A DNA stretch of 57,073 bases, counting the filler, from Platydemus manokwari (taxonomy: Eukaryota): NCBI GenBank assembly GCA_037951405.1. It is 5 parts of 5 records of this genome, joined end to end, with 100 filler letters (N's around TTAATTAATTAA, not from the genome) between each part and the next. Parts side by side here need not be neighbours in the genome. Positions count along the whole stretch, not along the records: positions 11,897 to 21,435 come from JBBMOY011235209.1; positions 21,536 to 30,420 come from JBBMOY011334650.1; 3 more parts are not named here. One strand, written 5' to 3'. Below the pieces are notes generated by a model, which saw only the letters and a list, made by a program, of their open reading frames with translations, was not told the DNA's origin and did not search any database. Within the stretch, counting starts at the first letter, position 1. Each line of letters starts with the position of its first letter. Made by a program: the position numbers and the translations under genes. Shown here in pieces: positions 12,810-25,808 of this stretch.

Positions 12810-15800
12810 CAACTTACGCAGCTGTGATGATGATTATAATCGGTGACGCAATCCACAATTTCGCCGATGGTTTAGCCATAGGCGCAGCCTTCAGTCACAG
12901 CATTAAAAGCGGATTGTCGATATCAATCGCTGTTTTCTGTCATGAATTACCTCACGAATTCGGTGATTTTGCTATTCTTTTATCTTCGGGCATGATGTGG
13001 AAAAAAGTGATTTTGGCAAACCTTTTGTCTTCTACAACTGCTTTTGTTGGTCTTTATATTGGGATTTCTTTATCGGATAATTCAATAGTAGCTAGACAAA
13101 TCATTCACATAATCACAGTGGGTATATTCATCTACGTCGCTTTAACAGACATGGTAAGTTGTATATGTGTTTATATAGATATTTATATCTTCAAATAAAA
13201 AACATTCGGCGAAATTAAGTTATTTATCTCTTAAATATTGAACTAGAAGATTATTTTGAATATACAATATAGCTAAACGTGACTTTGTTTTCTATGAATT
13301 ACAACACATTGTCTTTAAATTTTCTTTTCGAAAACTCAAATCTTTCAAGGTGCACGGATTAAATTTTCCCTCTTCAGCACCATCTTATATGCTAGACATA
13401 TCAATACATTCCATTGTAGAATCAAATTATTAGCAATTTCGGATTTTTAATAACTACAGAAACCAAATCAGAAAATTTATCTCTATCAACCGTAGAAGTA
13501 CAAAAATAAATTATAAAAAAATTGTGTTGTCTAAAAATCCAAAACAATATAAGAATTCAAATTACCAGATATTTAATTTAATTGTAAAAATGTTTATTTA
13601 TTCTATTTTCGTTTTGAGCTTGTTAAAACTTTTTTTGGAACTGCAGTGTTGGCATCTGTGTGAAATTAAGTGAGTTTCTGATCTTTATATTTGTTTTTAA
13701 TATTTTAAAGACATATGGGTTGTGAATGTTTACGGACTGAAAATTTGTTGTTTCAACATTTAATTCTAAGATAAACCATTTTAGTAGTCATTTCTACTCA
13801 TTAATATCGATTTAAATCTTAGATACATCAATAAAGTGTCACATTTATAAATTAGAAACAAGGCTCATTTTACTTTATTATTATATATATGACCTTCGTA
13901 ATTGTTCATCCATTTTTGGGTTGTGTCAATTAGCTTTTCATTGCTTATTTACTATATTTATTCGACCTATATGTATCAATTGTTCGTACAAAATTTTTCA
14001 ATAACTATATGGATCATAATATTTAGATAATAGGATTGATTCAATTCATTTGCCAAAGAATCCATTACTGTGTGATGTATCCTGTCATGCATGTTGTTTT
14101 CATCGATTCATTGCAAATAATTCATATGAGTGTCATTCATGTATTTTTGTTTGAATTTATTTATTCTCAATTTCGATTGCACTTGTTAATGAAAACATTT
14201 ATAAATTTTTATTATTTCTAATATTTTATTAATAGGCACTAAATTGTTACAAATACTAATTATAATAATAATATTATTATTTTATAGTAATCTATGTTTT
14301 GCTACAAGTAATATTTTATTAAAATCCTCTGATAATGACCGAATTTGATTTGAAATTGATGAAAGAAGTTCATTTGTTGATAAACTGACTTTAGAAATGA
14401 AATCATTGATGAATATGATTTTCAAATATTTCAATAAGACCTCACTAAGGAAGAACTAACGAGGTTTCATTAAATCGATGGCAATAATCTAGTAAAATAT
14501 TGAATTAAATTTAATCTTACTTTATAATGAAATCGATATTAAAAGCACTCCAAGGCTTAAAATTAAAATAGATCAGAATTAATTGTTAAAAATATATTTT
14601 TAAATATTATTTAATAATATTTTTCAAGTGCTGTTCTTTAAATCCTAATCTTTTATAAACAACGAGAATAATATTTCCAAAATTTTTATTATATTATTAT
14701 ACTGAGTTGTGTATTTTTGGGTTGCGGTTTTTAACAATTATGAAAAATACATACTGATCATGAATAAAAAACATACAAAAAATTCCAGATAACGAAATGA
14801 ATTTTTGAAATCATTAGAAAAACAAATATCTCAGTCTGGAAGTTTGTCAATCCCACGTTTGAAGAAGCTTGGTGATTTTGGTCGAAAAATTCTTCAATCC
14901 ACGTAGTTATTGTTTCTTCGTTTTCAAATGTGAGACCAGAAAGATGGTTCAACATGAACAAAAAGATGAAAATCTTTTGGGTCTAAGTCGGGAAAATATT
15001 GAGGATAGGGATGAATTTCCAAGAAAAGCTCTTCTATAGCCAACTTTGTCATTGTGGCGGCGTGAGGCGGAGCACTGTCATGCTGTAAAATTATTTGCCT
15101 CTTGTTTGTCCTCGTTGCTTTTATTGCAGTTTTACTCGCTTGGGTTGTTTGATTTCTTTGTGGTTGCTTTTGAAGACTTACCCAAGCTTTTTTGTTTTTT
15201 AAATCTACATACAGGCACCATTTTTCATCATCTTTTACGATTCTGGAAAGGAAAGACTGATGTTGAACGAGTAAAGATACAGGAATCAGAATACGTTGAT
15301 TTTTGTGAATTTCTTTGAGAAGGTGCAGTACCCATGATCCAAGATTTTGAACTTTTCCCATTTTCTTGAGATGTCAAGAAATAGTGGTATGATCACAATC
15401 TATTGCTTGTCCAAGATCTTTAGTCTGTTTGACGCGGATCATCATGAATCAATTGGTTCAAAGTCACTAGGTAGGCCTAACTGTAGTGTATCGTTTGAAT
15501 CAAAATTTCCACCGTTAAATTTCGAAAACCACTTTTGTGCTGCTCGTTCACTGACTGCCTTTTCTCTATTAACGCAACAAATCATCCTGGTGGCTCCTGT
15601 ACCGTTTAAACGTTGATTAAAATAGAAAAGAAGTAGATGCCTGAAATATTCATTTTAATCTACTTGACACTTCATTGTAATGAGAGTAATGAAAGTGAAA
15701 GTTTGTCTAAAATGATTTAAATAGATAATTTAGCTCAATAGATAATATAAGTCAAATAAGTTAAAACAAGAAGTTTGTGTTTTCCTTTCAACAAATAAAA

Positions 15801-16552
15801 TCGAACGAGTTTATGCACCAGCCCATTATTATTTTTAAGTATTTATTAGATTAATTTATTTATAATTAATTAATTAATATTTAATTTCATACAAATAAAT
15901 ATTATTTTTATTTTATCTATATGACTCGATTTAATAATATTTAGTTAATTATATTTCGCTAGCACAGGAACAATATTGATAGATATTTAATTAAATTAAT
16001 TTCACTCTTAAGCTATCACGTCTCTTTATTATGTAATGACAGTTAAAATTTATTCATATGGTAGCAAAGATTTTATTAGTTTGATTGATATATAAAGCCG
16101 ATTTCGTGTTTTGAAAAGTATATTGTTTGTGACGGATATTTGTTAAGTTTGCTTATAAATCTATAATATCAATTATTTTGTTACCTAAAAACACATGATG
16201 AATGCTTGAAATTAACTATATTTCTTATTCGCTATAATCCAGATCCAGCGTATAAATAATATTACATGTTTGCTGACAAGACTTTCCAATTTTTAAGAGT
16301 CAGATGAAGAATTCGGTTTGTCAATCACCAGTAACAAATTTATTATTGTATTGTCCATTCACCAGTGGATTCGAATTTAGGCTTTCTTATTCATTCAATA
16401 TTATTATTATCAGAAGGCACTGCGGCTCTGTTGTTATTTATATATCTATCTTTCTTAACAGTAATATAAAGAATAATAGTAACAGTAAACTTGTTAACAA
16501 TAATAATATTGATAAGAAAAATGGTGATGTTATTAATACTGTAGTAATGATA

Positions 16553-16594
<42 letters not shown>

Positions 16595-17168
16595 CAAGTG
16601 TGCTAATCAGAAAACTTGAGAAATACATAATCGAAATGCATAAATACGTATAATATATAATTAATTGTTTTGGAAAATAAGCTTTATTATCCGAAAGAAA
16701 TATGACTGCTTGTGACAAGGTATAATTAAAATGACATAATTGAGTTTCAGAAATTTTATCGACATGATTGCCTTTCATAAATAAATCTTTCTAGAAATTG
16801 GCATGGCGCACTTAATCTTAATGAAATAAAAATAATACGAATCATTTTCATATATATTTATGTTTCACCAGTTATTTTTATTAATTCAATCCTTTCTTTG
16901 TAAAATTTTTATATAATGCAATATTTTTTGTGTTTATTTTTCATCGAATTTTTAAGTTTGAATTTGAGAAGATTTGAATGTGAATTAAAACAAAATATCA
17001 CAAATTATACAGTTAATAAGATCAGATCATATTTTCCAGTTTCCATGCATGAAAGAATATCTGATAAATTCTAAGAAGATCGTTTATGTGGCGGAGTTAA
17101 TTGGCTTGCTTTGTGGATTCACAATTATGGCCTTGATAGCATTCTTTGAAGATCAGATAAATGTCTGA
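12810..17168 (+). CDS. LIV-1 subfamily ZIP zinc transporter (SLC39A, ZIP4/6/10/12-like), last two exons; 5' part absent
   Basis: Exon ~12810-13153 encodes GDAIHNFADGLAIGAAF and CHELPHEFGDFAIL (HExPHExGD motif) and ends DM|GTAAGT. Exon 17040-17168 after TTTTCCAG encodes FPCMKEY...LIGLLCGFTIMALIAFFEDQINV*, the typical last TM. The intron is about 3.9 kb. Confidence 0.92.
14700..15830 (-). mobile_element. Degenerate, internally deleted mariner (DD34D) element inside the ZIP intron
   Basis: WVLHLL (WVPHEL), RIVKDDEKWCLY (IVTGDEKW), QHDSAPPH (HDNARPH), YPQYFPDLDPKDFHLF (YSPDLAPSDFHLF); segment between the first and second catalytic Asp largely missing; frameshifts; eroded terminal repeats near 14700 and 15800-15830. 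Confidence 0.9.
16553..16592. repeat. (AAT)n microsatellite
   Basis: Direct read of the sequence. Confidence 0.9.
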
Positions 17169-19104
17169 CACCTCTTCAATCGGTTGAGGAAATAGTTATG
17201 CAGAAACCAACAATTAAATAAACAAACCAAATTTTTTGTTGATTAATACTGACGAATCAAAAGGAGCTTTATTTGATCGTTATTTGCTGATTTTATTTCA
17301 TCATTATACATAGTATTTGGAAACATGCCTCTCCAAATATTTCATTTATTATCATCATCATCATATATTCGACGTTTGAATTATGTTTATGCTGTTAATT
17401 TTCTAATCATGATTATGAAACTAAATTTTATATTTTTATTTAGAATTACTAAAATTTTGACTTCCATTTTCAACCTCAAATAATGCATTTATTACTGTAT
17501 ATATTTTATAGATACAAAATGTATAGGGATATTTAACATTATAATTGACACATTAAAATTCGAAAACGAATTCTGTTAAGCCACTTTTATTACCGAATGC
17601 GGTTAATGAGATTTGATGTTTTTATAAATAAATAAATTTAATCTTATAATTAATCTTGGCCTTCATATAAGTATAAGATCATTTATTACAATGTTCTCAA
17701 TACATATTATATTTCTTATCTGTAAATACACTTGAAATCATTAATTTCATCTAAGCTCTTCAAGCTAATTAATTTCGCTACTTCATTGTGGTTCGGATCT
17801 GGAGCAATTTTTTGAAGCATTTAATAATATTTTCTATTAAAACTTTTTATTTCGTTATTCTGTAGCATGATCGATTTATCCTTCATAGAATTATATTTCA
17901 CCAACGCAACATTTTCTAGAAATTAAGACATCACTTTTAGAAAATTTATTTCATTGTATTTGAATTTTGGTTGTCAATGTTTTTTCCTTTGCTTAACATT
18001 CCCATCACTATCATTTTTGGTCAAGAGGAATCTCGAGAAAGAAAGGGTAGTAAAAATTAACCCATTGTTTAATATTAAGATGATCTACATCAGGTTTATT
18101 CGTGGGTATAAATTTCGAAATTATACTTTCACATAAAAACTACTATCTGTTCATATATTATTATCTGCTTGCTTTTAGAGTAATATTTCATAATTTTTAT
18201 ACATTGTAATTATAAATATAATTATACTATAAATTATAACAATCAAAATTGACGTCAAAAGATCAAGATGTGCATTTTATCTTTAATGAAATTCAAAATA
18301 ACTTTTCGAGCTTTGTCCCAGTTGAAGTTTCTCAATTTTATTTAATTAAAAAAACTGTAAAAATGATCTAATCCTATAAATAGGCCCCAATGGAGTTAAG
18401 AGGATTCGGTTTAACTAATTAAAGTTTCTAATTTTGAATAAATTACTATTTATTGTTAAGAATCACCGATCACTTATTGAAATTATTGATGATATAAAAT
18501 ATCAAAAATCTTCCTTGTTTATATTATAATTTATTTTATATTATAATTTCCATATTATTTTGACGAATTATTGATTCTAAATGAATTCTAATGAAAGGAT
18601 AAATTGAAACTGGATTGCATCGATTAAAAACTTCTTTAATTAATGCTATGGAATTCATCAGAATCATATTCACGTATTGAGTAACATATATCTGAAAATA
18701 ATCTTAAAAATATTTGACAAATATTAATTTGTTGATCATTCATAAATTATTTTTTAAATATACTCCTTTTTCAAGTTGTGACCATAATATCTGTCCATTA
18801 CAAAACATCTGAATATTATTATTGGTTTCAATATTTTCCACCGATTTAGAATAAATTCGAAATTGATTTATTAGAATAGGAAATTTGAGAAGTTAGTTTC
18901 CCCGAATATTTAAGATAAGATTAAAAATGTGTGCATTAGATTTCGTAATATTTGATAAATTTGAAAAAAACCATTTCAAAGCAGAGGATTTTTTGGAGAA
19001 TAGAAGAATTATTGATTAGAAGCTGTTTTTTTTGTAAAGATACATATCTATTGTAAAAGAAATTTATTTTGTTTATCCCAGTATTTTTTTTTCAATAATT
19101 CAGG

Positions 19105-19626
19105 TGTGAGAATTTGAAATTGAATTAAAATTTTTAAAGATTTAATTTTGAATAAAATTTGATTATATATAAAATTATATTAATTTGTTTGAATACATAA
19201 TTTGTTATCGTGCCTTTTAGTTTTTTTCGGTGTATGTTTTTTAAATGGTAGCGACTTACATGGCAACCACGCATCTGGATTCGATTCTGAGAAGATCAAT
19301 GACTGAAATTATGGGAAAGAGAAAGATGTTTTGACTACATGACGAATAGAAAGGGAGAAATAAAGTAGATTTAGAGAATATATAAAGAAGATAGAGGAAT
19401 TAGAATATTTTCATAGATAAATATGTAGTGTATTCGATACAAAGTCAATTCAGAATCCAGAAAAGCAAAGATTTTAAAGAAAGAGGGATGTGAGAATTTT
19501 GAAATTGAATTAAAATTTTCAACAAATTAATTTTTTACAAAATTTGATTGTGTAATTGCATTTAAATACGTAATTTGATGTCGTATCTTGTTTATTATGT
19601 GTTTTATAAAGTAGTAGAGTCTCACA
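19105..19626 (+). mobile_element. TRIM-like miniature LTR retroelement
   Basis: Two diverged direct repeats, 19105-19260 and 19489-19626, both start TGTGAGAAT and end CA (the second is TGTGAGA...TCTCACA). PBS-like TGGCAACCACGC follows repeat 1 directly; polypurine tract AAAGAAAGAGGGA precedes repeat 2 directly; ~228-nt non-coding interior. Confidence 0.75.
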
Positions 19627-20418
19627 ATAATAATTGATAAATCCGTTTTTAACGAATTATTAATATAAAAATTTTTCATCCTTATGAAAGATCAAAAGTA
19701 TAGTTACAAAATAAATGAAAAAAATGTTTGATATAAGAATTTCGTGAAATATTGATCACAAATTTTGTCGAATATAAATAGAATAACGATAATGAATATT
19801 TGTCAATTGTAAAATTTCTCATTCGGATTAATTTATCAGAATTGATCGCGACATTTTCAGATGTAAGCAATTCCAATACGAATAATACGGCCGGTCGACT
19901 GGCGTTGATATAAACTGACAATTCCATCAGAAATTCTCTGACATTAATTATTTTGAGACTATTTTTTTAATTTGGATTTCATCAATCATCCAATCTAAAA
20001 TATAACGTAAGATATGCAGTTGAAATATTTTCTGTGTTTATTTCCTTATTCTTGATCATTATATCTTTAATCAGGCGCTTTAAGTTTTTGAATTCTACTG
20101 CTTCTTTCTTCAACTCAGCACGTATTTCGTTAATCAATTCGATATAAATTTATCTTCAAATAACTTAATGCGCTATCGGTTTACAATAGTAATTTTTAGT
20201 TTTTCGTGCCGGGAGATACAGGTCATTGTGGAAAATAATGAAGAAAAATTAAGCCTTATATAATATAGATCGGGATTTGTTTGGTCGCCTATTTATATAT
20301 GCAATGATTGAAGTATAATAGCGAGATCTTGTTAATATTTTCTGATCAATGTGATCAAGACATATCTTGTTTTACAAGGAAGTAAAATATATAAATAGAA
20401 AACGCTATCATTACCATA

Positions 20419-20642
20419 CAGGGTGACCCAAGAGCAGGTTTACAGTTATCGCATAGACTATTTATTCGAAAATTTGACACTAGATCAGCGGAAAATTCGT
20501 TATGCCTGTTAACATAAACCATTCAATCTCTCATATGCTCAAGATATCCTTCTTCAACATTGCAACATTCTTCAAGTTTCTCCATTCTTCAATTCTAACA
20601 CACACACGTTAATAACTGTAAATCCTTTTTTGGGCCACCCTA
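20419..20642. mobile_element. Tc1/mariner-type MITE (~224 bp)
   Basis: TA-CAGGGTGACCCAAGAGCAGGTTTACAGTTAT ... ATAACTGTAAATCCTTTTTTGGGCCACCCTA-TA: ~31-bp imperfect terminal inverted repeats flanked by TA. Confidence 0.8.
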
Positions 20643-21435
20643 TACAGCAAAGTGCGGTTTAGTATTTCTGCCCTGAAAATTGCTCAATGATAATAAGATT
20701 TTAACTATCAATCCATTGAAATGACAGATCAAATTTTTAATATAAATTTGTATTAAAGATATAGCCATTGTTATTCGAATGCAATGGTTTTGATGTAGTA
20801 CGTACAAATAATTGGATATTTTTAAAAATACTCAGTCTGTCATTCGAAATTTTTAAGAGAAAAAATAATGCATTTAATAATATGTCAGTAATTAATTAAT
20901 TATTTATAACTTTTCAAATAATATTTTTATACACTTTATCATTCTTATTCTCCATTCAATCATAACCAATTGAAATCCTTTTCCCAAACACTATCACATT
21001 CACATATTCGCTTGCATTAATGATTGTTTTGAGAGAAAAAACCAAAATATTTATAAAAACGATAAAATAAATTCATTTTTTAATGGCCATTACTGATTGT
21101 ACATGTCTGATGATACAATTATTGCTGAAAAATAATTATTACATCTGGCTTTTCGATTGAGGTTCTTTAATTGCAATGTTTATCGAAGCTTTTTTCCTCT
21201 TCATGTTTCTAAGACTTGGGATAGATTGTTTTAGGCAGAATTTACTTTTTTCCTATATGGAACAGTTGATAAACGTCTGTAAGATTAATACTGATGTCTT
21301 TTAATGGATTTGATAACAATGATAATAACTAAAATTTCTCATTTTTGAAATATTTTTACTATATAAAATTCAAAAATAAAATTTCAACTTTTTTTAAAAG
21401 ATATTTTAATGATAAAACCTAGACTTTCAACAACA

Positions 21436-21535
21436 NNNNNNNNNNNNNNNNNNNNNNNNNNNNNNNNNNNNNNNNNNNNTTAATTAATTAANNNNNNNNN
21501 NNNNNNNNNNNNNNNNNNNNNNNNNNNNNNNNNNN
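21436..21535. other. Artificial contig spacer
   Basis: N44-TTAATTAATTAA-N44. Confidence 0.97.
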
Positions 21536-21629
21536 TTCGCCAATTTTCAAAATGTTCCATAATTAAAACAAATATGATGCGTATAAACAAATCAAACAAT
21601 GTTGACTGATTTCGATAGGTTATGAATAG

Positions 21630-21728
21630 AGCTTCAAAATGACGTGTATGTTAATGATTTGCTACGCACACACACAAGTGTTTACATCTGGTGTCAAATT
21701 TCGGTTATTAAGTTATAGACCCAATATT
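21630..21728 (+). repeat. ~95-bp near-identical block, copy 1 (copy 2 at 25709-25808)
   Basis: AGCTTCAAAATGACGTGTATGTTAATGATTTGCTAC...AAGTGTTTACATCTGGTGTCAAATT.CGGTTATTAAGTTATAGAC present twice with few differences. Confidence 0.9.
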
Positions 21729-22596
21729 TTAAACATAAAAATGTATAAATGTTTTTTGTTAATTTTAAATGAAAAAAATCATAAATCTCATAAATGAAAG
21801 AATGGGACAATTAAATACCATAAATTAAATATTTTCTACACTTGACCTGAAAATTTTCACATGTATTTTAATCGTTATATCGTAAATAAAAATATCATCA
21901 TCCGTTTCAAACAATTGTATATTAAATTCTTTAACAAGAAGCAGTACTTCTTTAGTTTCTCGTCAAAGTTGATCAATACATTTAAATTATTTTCGAAATC
22001 ATAAAATTAAACCCACTGTTTCAAATACACGATCAACAAATAAAGATCAACTTGAAATTTTTATGAAACATCAGAGTTACTCGGATTCATCACGTAATAG
22101 TCATATGGGAACTAATTTCAAAAGATAATTGTTGACAGAATAAACCATAAATGGTCCCATCAAAATATTTATATATAAAATTATAACAAATTTTCTCGAT
22201 ATAGATTGTCATTAAAAATTCCACGATCAGTTCTAGATAACAATTTTCATGTCAGATTTAATTTAAAAGCCCATAATTTCTATATGATAATAAAATTAAT
22301 TTCGTTATTAATTCAATAAAGCACAAATATTAATTATATGATGGTTATGTAATAATGTTTCGAAATAAAAAGCAATTTTTGGTGTTTCCATGATATTCTC
22401 GATTCCACCAATGTATGCACATGTTTTCCATAGCTATGCAAAATTTAAAAAATGCACATTTTTACAAATCTGTTTGATTTTTTGAAACAAATAAATTAAT
22501 AATTATACATTTGTTATTGGTTATTTATTCGAACCAATAAAAAGTTGTCTCTTCTTTAAATAAATTCATTTCTTTACACTTCCATTACATTCAATT

Positions 22597-23493
22597 ATGA
22601 TTTTCGATATATATGTGGATTATCGTGATTCGATTGGATTTGTGATAGTTCGATTAATTTTCATTTTGATCGCATCAAGAACTGCAACAATTCTCATCAG
22701 AACTAGTACAATGTTTGACATATTTGGATTAGTGTCGTTGTGTTTCGATACACTGACAGAAAGAAGTATGATTTATTTTAAAAACCGGATTTTTAGTGTA
22801 TTCTATTGTTATGTTATAAATGGAAAATTAATTTATTGGATCTTTATAAATACGAGTGTTTATTTGATGTTTTCGTTGACAATCGATAGATCAATATGCA
22901 TTGTGTTTCTCATTTACTACAAAACAAGAAAATCATTTGAAGTGTATTTCTATCTATTCGCTGCAATTTCTATATCATGGTTCTTTGCAACGGTTTATAG
23001 ATATTTCACTGAAATTGAAACATATATACATAAAAGGTCAGCTAGACAAACCGATTACTTCTGTTATTATTATAAACCTTTTATTTTGGTTATAAATTAT
23101 GTTATCACCTACAATGTTGGTCCAGTGGTCATAATCGTAATTCTGAATTCTGTTTCAGGTTATTTTATATATTTGAGTACAAAAACCACGGCAAATATTA
23201 ATAACTAACACATCAATCATATTCGAAAGCAAATGGTAACACGATTTACATTAGCTAACCTTATATCTAACTCAATATATGCCACCGTGCTTAGTATGGA
23301 TTCAGTATTACCTTTAGTGGTTCCTGAAAAGAATGTTAATACAATATTATTAAAATATTACTTGTATTGTTATGCCATTGTATTAGGATGTCTGACAACC
23401 ATCAATCCGATTACTTATTTAATAAAATATCCAAAGTTTCGGCAGTTCCTAATTTCTCTGTTTCATTGGATGAAATCAAAAGTATTTGTTTAA
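22597..23493 (+). pseudogene. Class A (rhodopsin-like) GPCR, probable pseudogene, paralogue of 27844-28800
   Basis: ORFs 22597-23208 and 23233-23493 are in the same frame, split by TAA at 23206-23208 where the paralogue has CAA (Gln). A 17-codon in-frame deletion removes VFLLSNIMLMVFVSKKR (TM1/ICL1). Retains SLTIDRSICI and INPITY. Confidence 0.85.
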
Positions 23494-25708
23494 ATATACT
23501 TGAATTAATGAAAAGTTGATTGCTACTTATTTTAATGCTTACAAATGCACTGATATTTCATAAGTTGCTGTCTATATATATAAAATTACTGCTTTTATTT
23601 TATTGTTGAGATTTGCTAATAAATTGGAATTTAAATTACCATTTAAAGAGTATGCACAACGCTTTTGTTTTGTTAAAATGACCCTACAACATCATATCTA
23701 GGTAAATTTATTTTTCGAATTTAATACATAAAATCAGATTATGAAATCTTTTAAAATCATTTCTTACCAATCATTATCACTTAAAAATTATCACAAACCT
23801 CTTACCTTGAAATTCATTGGTTTCGACGTATTCATAAATTATCTCTATCACAATCTCTAAATTTCATAAATAAATCTGAATAGCATCTTGCAAATATTAT
23901 TAATAATAATAATGATGAAATAATATTTTCAAGAAATTTTCCATTTAATTCTTTACAATGCGATACAAATTTTATTAAAATCGGTTCATTTAATTAAAAA
24001 TTGGATATTATGTTTTATTTTAGCTCAAATGCCTTTCAAATTATGGAGGAAATCAATATGTAAAATTCACCGGTCACCTTGTTTGTATGCACAATCTTTA
24101 TCAACATTATTATTATCATTGTCATTATTATATTCTATATAGAATAAACAATAACATAAATTTTGAAAATAAATATCAATTTTTTTAAAATCATGAACAA
24201 TAATATATTCATTGGTTGATTATTTTTTATTTTGAAAAATCATATAGAACCATATATAAATAAAATTTTCAATGAAATTAGGTTTGTTATTTTCAAATGT
24301 ATTGTTTTAGATTCGTGCGTTTATGAATGTAGCAGCTGAAATTTATAACGCTTCTATGATATACTTGGATTGTGATTAATAGTGTGTATTAAGAAAAAGA
24401 AGACGGAAAATTAACTGTTAAATAGCTGGAATTTTGTATGCTTTAATTACATTTAGATTCAATGAATGGCATTGAATTATGGAAAAGATGAAAACCGATA
24501 AACCAATTCAAGTTCATTATTTAAATAGACTCTCATATTTAATGGATATCCCTGAGTAACAAATTTCTACATAAACAAGTAGCTTTATTAAAGAATAGAC
24601 CGAGATATATTAATAATTAGTTTTAAATATACTAAAATTAGCTTTACTAATAATAATGCAAAATTCATTGAACATGTTGGAAATGATAAATATATAAAAT
24701 CATTGCATGCTAGCTTAAATAACAGTAACTATCGAGCAATAAAATGCAAATTGATACCACGACAAATAATCAGTGTATTATTAAATAAATTTCTTCAAGT
24801 TATGCTACGCATTCCAATTTCCCGGCAGTTCCATGAAAATTAATAAATTTAGATAACATATTTCAACAAATTAATTTCTGGCCTCACTCAATCACAAAAA
24901 TAGAAATAAATTAAATATTTTATTTGTATATTTTCAGAATCCAAACTGCTTGGAATTTTATTTTTGATGATGATTGCTCTAAATTCCGGACATTGCATGA
25001 CAAATCATTTCTTAATTTGAATGATTACCCTCACAATTGCAAAAAATTACAATAAATAAAAATGACCAATTCAATTGAGTTGTCCAATGATAGAATCAAT
25101 TAATTAGTTATTCTTAGACCAGATTATTTGACCAATAAGCCAGAACAATCACAATGGAACTGATGGATAGATTGTGGAATTTGAAATCGCTTTTTACATG
25201 TTTTTTCAATAATTAAGTGAAACATTCTCAAATATTGTATTCTGAACACATTGTTGTATTTTTAAGAGTTCATGTTTAGAAATATTTCAAGGAATCAGTA
25301 TTGTCTGTAAGAATACTGAGGCCGTCGTCATAAGTAATGACCCAGAGATTAAATTAAAGTATCGAGAGTTCTCATTAAAGAGTAATTAAATGGCCATCGC
25401 AACTCTTAAACTTTGTTCATCTAATTAAATGATGTGTTAAATCATGGTATCGAAATATCAGCTAAATATACTTGTAAAGCCTTTATAAATTGATTTTGAA
25501 AGTGATATTGATTATAAACGTAATATTCTTTCCAGTTCAGCTTTACCAAATCACAATTTGAGAGCGATTCAAATATAACTGGTACTTGTGCCACATTTGA
25601 GTTTCAGATTGTTTAGATGTGAATAAGATTTTTAAAACTCATTTCGAATAATTTTCCAAAATGCCAATTTGAACTGAATGTAAAGCATTAATATTTTCAA
25701 AATTAATA

Positions 25709-25808
25709 AGCTTCAAAATGACGTGTATGTTAATGATTTGCTACACCATACACACAAGTGTTTACATCTGGTGTCAAATTCCGGTTATTAAGTTATAGAC
25801 TCAATATT
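25709..25808 (+). repeat. ~95-bp near-identical block, copy 2
   Basis: Matches 21630-21728. Confidence 0.9.

Noticed and set aside
16304-16778. ORFs with poly-Ile, poly-Tyr and poly-Leu runs
   Set aside because: Translations of the (AAT)n microsatellite within the ZIP intron.
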